The notes beneath the pieces are model-generated. The model worked only from the letters and a program-made list of their open reading frames with translations, did no database searches and was not told the DNA's origin. A program made the translations under genes and the position numbers. Source: Eledone cirrhosa (Eukaryota). From it: a DNA stretch of 64,000 nucleotides. The DNA lies in the NCBI GenBank assembly GCA_964016885.1, contig OZ024761.1, positions 6,510,001 to 6,574,000 on the forward strand. The letters are read 5' to 3'. Shown here one piece after another: positions 54,852 to 64,000 of the stretch; positions within the stretch are counted from its first letter, which is position 1, and every line of letters begins with the position of its first letter.

Positions 54852-57635
54852 TACTGGTTACTGGAAGCTGAACATGTCATTTCCGGCACGTAAGGCTTAC
54901 AGAGACCAGGTCAATAATTTAGTTAAGAAAAAGTTGACAGGGAGAGTCGTCAGCAACAGATGGTGGGGGGGAGGGGGGCTCTCAAAAGAGAGATTAGAGT
55001 AATGTCGATAGGCTTAGCAACGGAGTAGCGTTAGAGAAAAATAGAAAGGAGGGGGAGCTGGTAGATAAGTTAGACGAGGCTGTTTGTAGTGGCATTGCAT
55101 CTGACGTGCTAGCGGCGAGAATGGCATTAGATCATTTCTTCAATGTGAAACACGAAGGTTGCACGAAGCTATTCGATGGGCCCGCGTGGCAGAGACGCAG
55201 CGTGGTAATAAAACCACAATTTGGTCTTTGACGACCGAGACAGACACGAGATGAGCGATTCCATGCGGATGTGTGAGGCCTTTCGCCAGCACTTTGCTTG
55301 GTTGTTCGGTGAGAGTGGTGGGTCAGAGACAGTAGCGGACTTCAGTCCCTACCTCGATGGCTTGCCACAACTCTTGACAGCTGACGCTGACCGCTGCGAA
55401 AGGCCAATAACTTCAGCCAAAATTCAGGATGCCCTTGTCGGCTGCATGAGGCACAAGTTACCCGGTTTGGATGGTCTACTCTATGAACTTTATGTAAATA
55501 TGCCAGACTTGTTCTCCAATTTGTCCACCCTGCAACTGACAGCAGAAAGGGAGTATTCAGTAATGACACTGATAAGGAAAGACGAGAACAAGAGGGTCAC
55601 ATTAGATAATTTCAGGCCCATAACTCTGCTCATCACAGAGTTTAAGATTTTAGTCAAGGATTTGGTTGGGGAGGCGCAATCCTGACCAGGTCCATACACG
55701 ACACCCTCCACCTCATGCGATACATCATAAAGAGGGTAGGGTGTAAATTAGCTTCAGTGGGGCTCTGATCAATTTAGATCAATCAAAAGCATTCGATAGG
55801 GTCGACCATTGGCACCTGGAGGCTGTCCTCAAGGCAGTTGGCTTCGGCCCCGTCTTCAAAAGCTGGATCGCTACAATACACAGCGGCATCTGCTCGGTGG
55901 TCAAAGTTAATGGCCACCTCTTGGAACCGTTTCTGATTGCCCGATCGGTTCATCAAGGGTACCCTCTCTCCCCCCTTCTGTACGTATTGACTCTTGAGCC
56001 TTTACTGCGGAAGCTGGAGCTGTTACAGGGCATCCCGCTCGAACCGGAACATGGTGGGCAACTTATTGGAGAAATATGAAAGGTTGACGGGAACGAAACT
56101 TAACCCAGAAAAGTCGGTGGGCTTGCAGATTGGCACCTGGAGAGGCAAGTCCATGATGTCCAATAGCGTCGCTGGGCGCTGGATGGACGGACCGGTAAAG
56201 TTGCTCGGGGTTTGGTTCAGGCCTGACCTCCAGGTGGATAAGAACTGGGACAAGGTAATGAGCAGGGTAGCCAGTCTCACATAGAAATGGGCTGGGAGGA
56301 AGCTATCACTGAAAGGTCAGGCGGAGGTGGCAAACGCATACATCGTGTCCGTCATCTACTACTACCGCCTGACCATCGTCCCTTGCCCCTGTCCATTCCT
56401 CACCAACTTGGAATGGCTCCTCTTCAAATTCTTGTGAAGGGGACGGGTCCTGTTGGTGGGACAGTCCATCTGCCGCCAGCACCCTCTACGCGGAGGGCTG
56501 GGCATGCCGTGGCTAATGATGCACAGGCTCTGAGGCTGCAGCATCTCCAGATATACTCCCTAAACGGTGAACAGGTGTGGTCACCATTTATCAGACAGGC
56601 CTTTCTGCAGCTCGTCCCTTTGACTGAGCTGCAGTTCTGGGTCAAGAAGAGACCAAGACTGGGTGACTGGCATCTGGAATGTTGCTAGGCTCTCACTGCC
56701 CTCTACCAGGCGTGCAATGTGGTCAGTGGAACTTCCACTCTCGAGTGCTATAGAGAATTAGTGGTGGGAAAGTGCAACGACACACTCGGAGAAGCTCTGG
56801 ATGTCGACGAAGTCGAACTGACCAGTCTGTTCTGGAGGACTTTCGAGCCGGGGACGATGGATTACTTCCAGATATGTCTCACTTGGCAGTGCTACCGGAG
56901 GGCACTGCCAGTTCAAGATAAACTCTACAGGCAAGGAACGGAAGTGTTGTCAGATGGACCTGCCCGAGATGCGCCACAGAGCGATGAAACCATTCTGCAT
57001 GCACTCGTCCAGTGTCCGTACATTACTGACTTGTGGAGTTATGTCGAACAGCTGTTGTCACGTGTAGAACGGATCCGGCTATCGGCCGAGTCCATAGTGA
57101 AGATCGACCCGCTGCCCTCTTTTGGTCAAAAAGGGCAGGCAATATTCCTCTGTCTGGTGGCAGTAGCAAAAGAGGTTGTATGGTGGACGAGGTTGAAAGG
57201 ATTGAAGACAGACACTTTTCTCTTTGGCCAATCCCTCATCAACTTTTTCAAGTTTCACCTGGAAAGGAAGGTGAAGGTGGAGAGAGAAGTGCTGCCCCTC
57301 CCCCAGTACATTTGCTATAGGTGGATGAATGTAGAGAGAATGGCCTGGGTGAGTGGGCCTACTCTGACCATACACTTGTTGACTGGTTAATTTGAGGAGG
57401 AGATGGGTGTCCTCCCTGGTTTCCTTAGAAGCGTCGCGTGGTTCAGAATTTGTGGGGTACCTGGGTCGCCCCTGGGTTGTCCACCCCCCCACCCCCCACC
57501 CCTATTGGGGAATTTATTTTGTTATGTTTATACATAGTTTATTTTATATTTTCCTTGTTAAATTGGCTTTGCTATTGTGCATTTTTACTCTAGCTTATTG
57601 TAAACCCCACTGTCTGTCTTTGTATTGTCCCCTAC
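54852..57635 (+). pseudogene. Decayed, 5'-incomplete L1/Tx1-type LINE related to the intact copy
   Basis: Frameshifted fragments collinear with ORF2 (GYWKLN, PGLDGL, FRPITLL, LDQSKAFDRV, KSVGLQIGTWRGK, KEVVWWTRLKGL); YADD region deleted. Confidence 0.92.
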
Positions 57636-57637
57636 AT

Positions 57638-57950
57638 GTCGGTGGATTGGCAGTATCGGTGGAGGGTCGGACACCATGCTGTGACGCATAGAGTTACGGC
57701 CCTTGCCATTCTGAGTTCAAATCCCGCCGAGGCTAACTTTGCCTTTCATCCTTACGGGGGTCGATAAAATAAAGTACCAGTAATACACTGGGGTAATTGC
57801 TGGCCTTGTGCCAAAAGTAGAAACTATTTTTATGAACTATTCAAATCCTGCTGAGGTAAATTTTGTCTTTCATCCTTACGGGGGTCGATAAAATAAAGTA
57901 CCAGTAATACACTGGGGTAATTGCTGGCCTTGTGCCAAAAGTAGAAACAT
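57638..57950 (+). mobile_element. SINE family 1 plus a duplicated 3' part
   Basis: Match to 3505-3686; second partial copy from about 57840. Confidence 0.85.
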
Positions 57951-58344
57951 TTATTATTATACTCTCTCCATCGTAACTACAAACTATGAGAAAGGGAGAG
58001 AGAAGATACATGTATTCAATGAGCTAAATTTATCGCTGTTTTCACTTGAGTACGTGACAATGAATTTCTTATATTTATGAAAGTGTGTGTCCTAAACGCA
58101 GGAAATAACTATAATAACTGTTGAACACGAAACTTAATAGTTGGAGGAAATTGGGTTAATTAAAAACTGGGTGGACTGAGGTGTCTCTGTCTACATTTTA
58201 CCATCTCTAATTAACCCTTTAGCCTTTAAACTGGCAATATCCGGCCAGAATTCTCTCACCTCTTTCTGTTGAAACTGGCTGTAACTGGCCACTTATACTG
58301 ACGTTAAGGTATTGTTCTCAAAATGAATAATATCAAAATCTTGT

Positions 58345-59208
58345 AGATTCGATATTATGTGAGATAATTATGTGAGGTAAAGCCTTTACTGTGAAATACA
58401 ATAGTATATATAGAGTAATGTAAATGTTATGCGAGATATTATGTGAGGTAAAGCCTTTACTGTGAAAATACAATAGTATATATAGAGTAATGTAAATGTT
58501 ATGTGAGGTAAAGCCTTTACTGTGAAAATACAATAGTATATATAGAGTTATGTAAATGTTATGTGAGATATTATGTGAGGTAAAGCCTTTACCGTGACAA
58601 TACAATAGTATATATAGAGTAATGCAAATTTTTTGTGAGATATTATGTGAGGTAAAGACTTTACCATGAAAATACAATAGTATATACAGAGTAATGTAAA
58701 TGTTATGTGAGATATTATGTGAGGTAATGCCTTTACCATGAAAATACAATAGTATATATAGAGCAATGTAAATGTTATGTGAGATATTATGTGAGGTAAA
58801 GCCTTTACTATGAAAATACAATAGTATATATAGAGTAATATAAATGTTATGTGAGATAAAGACTTTACTATGAAAATACAATAGTATATATAGAGTAATG
58901 TAAATGTTATGTGAGATAAAGACTTTACTGTGAAAATACAATAGTATATATAGAGTAATGTAAATGTTATGTGAGATAAAGACTTTACTATGAAAATACA
59001 ATAGTATATTTCGAGTAATGTAAATGTTATGTGAGATAAAGACTTTACTATGAAAATACAATAGTATATATAGAGTAATGTAAATGTTATGTGAGATAAA
59101 GACTTTACTATGAAAATACAATAGTATATATAGAGTAATGTAAATGTTATGTGAGATATTATGTGAGGTAAAGCCTTTACTGTGAAAATACAATAGTATA
59201 TATAGAGT
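58345..59208. repeat. 60/72-bp tandem array
   Basis: GAAAATACAATAGTATATATAGAGTAATGTAAATGTTATGTGAGAT units. Confidence 0.93.
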
Positions 59209-59445
59209 GGTTTCTTTATTTGCCACTAGGGCACAAAAGGTAGGGACAGATACAAGGGGGGAAGTTTACATATAATTAACGAGTACAAAAATATAACAAT
59301 GAAATAACAACAACAAACGAAGTCCTCAATAGGGAGGGGGCATTAACATGGGTCGCACACACCCCGGAAAAAATGTGTAACCCTTCTCCTCAGGAGCACA
59401 AAGAGTAGGTGCTTCCCTCGTCTCCGCTTTTTCCTCTTCTTTCAC

Positions 59446-62400
59446 CTACAGGCTGATATAGAGAGAAGACCCATTCACTCTGGCCATTCTCCCTACTTTC
59501 ACCCACCTTTCATAAAACTTGCTGGGGTAGAGCACCTCTCTCTCCATTCTGATCCTTCTTTTAAAATGGTATTTGAAAAAGGGGACCAGTTGTTGGCCGG
59601 AGAGAAAGGTGTCTGACCTCAGCCCTTTCAGCCTCGTCCACCATACAACTTCTTTAGCCATGGCTACCACACAGAGAAAAACCGCCTCTCCTTCGTTTTT
59701 GAAAGGGGGAGGCGGTTTGATCGTGACAATGGACTCGGTGGTCAACCGGATTGGTCCCACCCTCGACAGTAGTCGTTCCACATAGCCCCACAGGTCAGCA
59801 ATGCCTGGGCAGTGTACGAATGCGTGCGCAACGGTTTCGTCATCATGCACGCATCTCGGACAGATCTTATTCAAAGGATCTCTACCCAGGCTCCCATGTC
59901 TGTGGAGCTTGTCTCGAACGGGTAGAGCCCCTCGGTAGCACTGCCAAGCCAGGGACTTTTGGAAGTTGTCCATCGGTCCAGGGCCAAACGTCCTACCGAA
60001 CAGACTGGCCAGTTCATCTTCCTCCATGCCTAGAGCTTCTCCGAGAGCATCGTCGCACCTGCTGCGTACCAACCCTCTATAGAATGTCGAGGTGGAGTCT
60101 CCACTGATTGCCGGGTCCGCTTTCCAGAGGGCCGTGAGCGCCTGGGCACATTCAATGTGCCAGTCGCCCACTTTTCTCGGTCTTTGCTTGACCCAGGATT
60201 GCAGCTCGGTGAGCGAGACGAGTCTGGGAAAGGCTCGCCTCACAAACGGGGCCCACACCGGTTGACCGGTGAGGAATACCTGGAGGTGCCGTAGCCTTAA
60301 TGCGTGTTTACGCATCTGTAGCCACGGCATCCCCAGCCCTCCTTTCGAAGGGTGTTGACAGCAGATGGATCTCCTCACCAAAGGGGTCCGCTTGTTCCAA
60401 AGAAATTGGAACAGCGCGCACTCCATTTTGGCGAGTCTTTTCACTGGGCAAGGCACGACGGTCAAGCGGTAGTAGATGACGGATGCTATATAAGTATTCG
60501 CCACCTCCGCTCGACCTTTCAGGGATAGTTTGCACTGGGCCCACTTCTGGGTGAGTGCAAACACCCTGGCCGTTACCTCGTTCCAGTTTTTCTCCACCTG
60601 GAGGTCTGGTCCGAACCAGACCCCAAGCAGCTTCACCGGGCCCTCCGTCCAGCGTCCGACGACGTCGTTGGAGGGCATCGGTTTGCCTCTCCATGTTCCG
60701 AGTTGCAAACCGACGGACTTGTCCCGGTTCAGCTTGGCTCCTGTAAACCTTTCATATTCCTCCAGTAAGGTGCCGATCTCACCGATTTGCGAGGTTTTCG
60801 ACACCATTACTGTCACGTCATCGGCGTAGGCCGACGCCGCTTTCTGCAATCCCGGTTCCAAAGGGATGCCCTGCAACCGCTCCAACTTCCGCAGTAGTGG
60901 CTCAAGAGCCAGCACATACAGTAGGGAGGAGAGAGGGCATCCCTGTCGGATGGATCGCATGATTTGGAACGGCTCCGAGAGGTGGCCGTTCACCTTGACC
61001 CTTGAGCAGACGTTGCTGCTGTGCATCGCAGCAATCCAACCCCTGAAAACGGGTCCGAAGCCTGCCGCCGCGAGCACCGCATCCAGGTAACGATGGTCAA
61101 CCCTATCGAAAGCTTTAGATTGATCCAAGTTGATCAGGGCCCCACCAAAGCCGGGTTCATTCCCTACCCTCTCTATGATGTATCGCATAAGGTGGAGATT
61201 GTCGTGAATGGACCTGGACGGGATTGCGCATGTCTGCGCTTCTCCCACCAGGTTTCCAACGACAAGCGCCAACCTCTTCGCTAACACCTTGGCCAAAATC
61301 TTTAACTCTGTATTTAGCAGAGTTATGGGCCTGAAGTTACTTATGTCATCCCCCTTGTTCTCATCCTTCCTCACCAGCGTAACTACGCCCTTGGTCACAG
61401 AACTGGGAATTCTCCCGTTCTGCTGCCAGTTGCAGTAGACCGCTTCGAGGATATCGGAGAACAAGTCCGGCATCGCTACATATAGCTCGTATGGTAGACC
61501 ATCGAGACCCGGGGATTTGCGTTTGCCGCATTGGCTCAGCGCCGCCCCTATCTCAGCAGCTGAAATCGTCCTTTCGCAGGACTTCGCCTCCGCGTCCGAG
61601 AGGCGCGGCAGACCGTCGAGGTATGGATTGAAATCCATAGTCTCACCCGGCGCGCCGCCCCTCTCGAACAGTCGTGCAAAGTGCCGCTGAAAGGCCGCAC
61701 ACATCTGCCCAGGTTCAAGGATCACACGCCCATCCTGGTCCTTCAAAGACCGAATCGTGGACTTGTTCCCACTTTTTGCCTCTATCACTCGGGCCCAGCT
61801 TACAGCTTTGGCTCCCTCATTACCCAGAGCACGTATTTTACTCCTGACAACGCAGCCTTCATGCTTCACCTCAAAGAACTGGTCTAAGGCCATTCTTGAT
61901 GCCAGCACGCCGGCTACATTGCCACTCCTAATCGCCTCTTCTACTCTATCTACTAATTCCCTTTCCGTCTTGTTCCTATCCCTTGCTAATTCCTGACTAA
62001 AACCTATCGATTCTATTCTAATTGCTCTCTTAAGAGAGCTCCACCACCTGTTGTTGACAATTGCCCCTGTCAAATTCTGCTTAACTAACGTGCTAATCCG
62101 TTTACTGTAAGCTTTGCTTCTCGGTAAGGACAAGTTCAGCTTCCAGTAACCGGGTCCCTGTCTATGGGTTCTATCAAGGTTGGCTATGCAGGTCACTAAC
62201 TTGTGATCCGAATAGTCAACCATGAACATTTTTGGACAGCTAAATGTGTCCCTATCGTTCTCTCTAACTAGGACCCTATCTAGGTACGACCTAGATGTTC
62301 CACTGCGATTGGTCCACGTCCATAGTGGTACAGTCGGAAAATCTAGTCGATATCTATCGGCCAGGTCAAATCGGCCGATTAACCTTTTGAGGCTTTTACA

Positions 62401-62883
62401 CCCCCCTCTATTGGCACATGCCCCTACATAGTCCCAACGTGCATCCAGGATACCATTCCAGTCCCCCACTAAAAGCAAGGAGCGGGACGTTCCCAGAAAA
62501 GTTTCCAGACGTTGGAAGTATTCCGGCCGCGCTGCCCAAAAAGGGGCGTACACAGCTATTAGTCTAAGGGCTCCACTTTCACTACTGCCGACGTCTAAAA
62601 CCACCAGTCGACCCTCCGGGTCCAGGTGCACCTTCTGTATGGCGAGGCCCAGGTGTTTTCGCAGCAGAACGACAACTCCACCCCCACCCCCCGGTTGACA
62701 GAGAGATGCGAAGATCTCAAAGTCGTCGAAGAGGGGCGCCAGTTGGTGCTCGCTGCTGATCCTGGACTCGCAAATAGCCATTACATCCATTCTATGTGAC
62801 CTGAGATCGTTTAAAAGTTTGCCTTGTTTCCAAGACAGTCCCAGGCCACGTACATTCAGAAACCCAACTCTTATATCAGCCAT
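59446..62883 (-). CDS. L1/Tx1-type LINE ORF2 (APE endonuclease, reverse transcriptase, C-terminal CCHC), uninterrupted 1145 aa
   Basis: APE motifs (LNVRGL, ICES, VYAP, GDWN, YLDRV, SDH); GYWKLN linker; RT motifs (KSPGLDG, FRPITLLN, LDQSKAFDRV, RQGCPLS, AYADD, KLLGV); C-terminal CPRC-x8-H-x4-C. Confidence 0.96.
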   Translation of the reverse strand: MADIRVGFLNVRGLGLSWKQGKLLNDLRSHRMDVMAICESRISSEHQLAPLFDDFEIFASLCQPGGGGGVVVLLRKHLGLAIQKVHLDPEGRLVVLDVGSSESGALRLIAVYAPFWAARPEYFQRLETFLGTSRSLLLVGDWNGILDARWDYVGACANRGGCKSLKRLIGRFDLADRYRLDFPTVPLWTWTNRSGTSRSYLDRVLVRENDRDTFSCPKMFMVDYSDHKLVTCIANLDRTHRQGPGYWKLNLSLPRSKAYSKRISTLVKQNLTGAIVNNRWWSSLKRAIRIESIGFSQELARDRNKTERELVDRVEEAIRSGNVAGVLASRMALDQFFEVKHEGCVVRSKIRALGNEGAKAVSWARVIEAKSGNKSTIRSLKDQDGRVILEPGQMCAAFQRHFARLFERGGAPGETMDFNPYLDGLPRLSDAEAKSCERTISAAEIGAALSQCGKRKSPGLDGLPYELYVAMPDLFSDILEAVYCNWQQNGRIPSSVTKGVVTLVRKDENKGDDISNFRPITLLNTELKILAKVLAKRLALVVGNLVGEAQTCAIPSRSIHDNLHLMRYIIERVGNEPGFGGALINLDQSKAFDRVDHRYLDAVLAAAGFGPVFRGWIAAMHSSNVCSRVKVNGHLSEPFQIMRSIRQGCPLSSLLYVLALEPLLRKLERLQGIPLEPGLQKAASAYADDVTVMVSKTSQIGEIGTLLEEYERFTGAKLNRDKSVGLQLGTWRGKPMPSNDVVGRWTEGPVKLLGVWFGPDLQVEKNWNEVTARVFALTQKWAQCKLSLKGRAEVANTYIASVIYYRLTVVPCPVKRLAKMECALFQFLWNKRTPLVRRSICCQHPSKGGLGMPWLQMRKHALRLRHLQVFLTGQPVWAPFVRRAFPRLVSLTELQSWVKQRPRKVGDWHIECAQALTALWKADPAISGDSTSTFYRGLVRSRCDDALGEALGMEEDELASLFGRTFGPGPMDNFQKSLAWQCYRGALPVRDKLHRHGSLGRDPLNKICPRCVHDDETVAHAFVHCPGIADLWGYVERLLSRVGPIRLTTESIVTIKPPPPFKNEGEAVFLCVVAMAKEVVWWTRLKGLRSDTFLSGQQLVPFFKYHFKRRIRMEREVLYPSKFYERWVKVGRMARVNGSSLYISL

Positions 62884-62904
62884 GTTGGTTAAAAGAGGAA
62901 GGAC

Positions 62905-64000
62905 CTACCTGTTCGGCTCCTGAGGAGCAGGTTGCACAATATCCATGGGCGTATTGGAGGGGTTGTTTGGTGGGGTGTTGTTCTGTGGTGGAGTGGGGGT
63001 GTTTGGTGAGGTGTGGGTGGGGAAACGTTTCAAGAGGACGCGGTTATAGGGTCGAGTACATGTTTTCCCCACGTCCTCAGGAAAGTTCTCTCTTAGTTTT
63101 GCATAGGTGTCCATTGGGAGTCTTATCATTTTTAAATGCGGTTTGTTGGCCGCGCTTGCAAAGAATTGCCCTTCAGTTTCCACCAAAGGGTCTTTGTGTA
63201 TTGTTTTTACTAGTTCTTTGTTATTTGTGTTAATGTATGTATACTGTTTTATTTGTGTTGTGTTTGTTTGTTGTTCTTGTGTGTGCTTACGTTTTGTTGT
63301 TTGTGTTATGTTTTGGGGTGGGGCGGATTTTGTTTGTTCTGTTTGTTTTGTTTTTGTTGGTGGTTGTGTGTTTGTTTCGTTTATGTTCGAGTGGTGCTTT
63401 CTTTTTTTCCTTTTTACAGGTTGGAAGGGTTCCCCCTCTTCGTCACTAGGTGCCGTTTCCGCTGGGTCCTCGTCCGTGCTGTCGGGTAGTGGTGTATTTT
63501 GGGGTTTTGTTGTATTTGTGTGTGTTTTGGGAGTTGTTTTGGGTGGGGCCGTGTCTTGTGTTATTTTTCCCTGTTGTTTTTGTTGTTGTTGTGGTGGTGG
63601 TGGTGGTGGTGGTGGCGGTGGTGGTGTGTGGGGTGTAGGCAAAAGAGCCTTTTTTTTTGTCAATTGAGGACAAGCAGCCCTTAGATGACCCCTGCTTGAA
63701 CAGTAGTAACATATGGGCCTCCTACCCTCGGCTGAAATATATATAAATGTTTCTCCATCGAGGGACACCCTCTGTGGTATTCTAGCGATTCGTTCTGGTC
63801 TCATTTGGACCAGAACCTCCACGCTCAAACCGCCGAAAACGTCTGTGGTGACTTCTCCTACTGAGAGGATTCCGTCCTCGTCTTCTAAAAATCCTGTTAG
63901 TACCCAGGAAATGCATGCATTTGGCCGGATTCCGGAGACCCTTATCTTCTGCGTTCTTTTCCCTAAATATGTGGGGAAAAATGTATATATCTTGGAAACA
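62905..64000 (-). CDS. LINE ORF1 (gag-like zinc knuckle), 5' part probably extends beyond the window
   Basis: CYYCSSRGHLRAAC = CX2CX4HX4C knuckle, then a Pro/Thr-rich region and a basic KRKKRK patch; stop lies 21 bp before the ORF2 ATG. The ORF track covers 62905-63828. Confidence 0.85.
   Translation of the reverse strand, partial: VSKIYTFFPTYLGKRTQKIRVSGIRPNACISWVLTGFLEDEDGILSVGEVTTDVFGGLSVEVLVQMRPERIARIPQRVSLDGETFIYISAEGRRPICYYCSSRGHLRAACPQLTKKKALLPTPHTPPPPPPPPPPPQQQQKQQGKITQDTAPPKTTPKTHTNTTKPQNTPLPDSTDEDPAETAPSDEEGEPFQPVKRKKRKHHSNINETNTQPPTKTKQTEQTKSAPPQNITQTTKRKHTQEQQTNTTQIKQYTYINTNNKELVKTIHKDPLVETEGQFFASAANKPHLKMIRLPMDTYAKLRENFPEDVGKTCTRPYNRVLLKRFPTHTSPNTPTPPQNNTPPNNPSNTPMDIVQPAPQEPNR

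Larger units (their letters stand above)
59209..64000 (-). mobile_element. Near-intact L1/Tx1-type non-LTR retrotransposon, 5' end outside the window
   Basis: ORF1 + ORF2 + about 235 bp of 3' UTR ending ...GGCAAATAAAGAAA next to a 60/72-bp tandem array. Confidence 0.92.

Overview
Repeat-saturated, AT-rich animal genomic DNA. The SINE families suggest an octopod cephalopod (inference). No prokaryotic genes, rRNA or CRISPR arrays were found, and nearly all long ORFs in the track are microsatellite or minisatellite artefacts. Coding remnants come from retrotransposons: an L1/Tx1-type LINE with open ORF1 and ORF2 (minus strand, 59.2 kb to the window end), a decayed relative (54.9-57.6 kb), a decayed RTE-type LINE with a PHD-like finger inside its RT (51.6-54.9 kb) plus 3' fragments, a second RT fragment, and a CRE-like RLE fragment. 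The window also holds tRNA-derived SINEs, nested non-autonomous Helitron-like elements, about a dozen tandem arrays, and three phase-compatible candidate exons of a minus-strand host gene. The main hidden signal is about 15 hand-folded minimal type I hammerhead ribozyme motifs from several unrelated families, plus decayed ones. They lie in short, (TA)n-flanked, often fold-back elements resembling Penelope pLTRs or retrozymes, and several fold-back junctions fall on ribozyme landmarks. All folds and alignments were done by eye, and boundaries are approximate unless stated.
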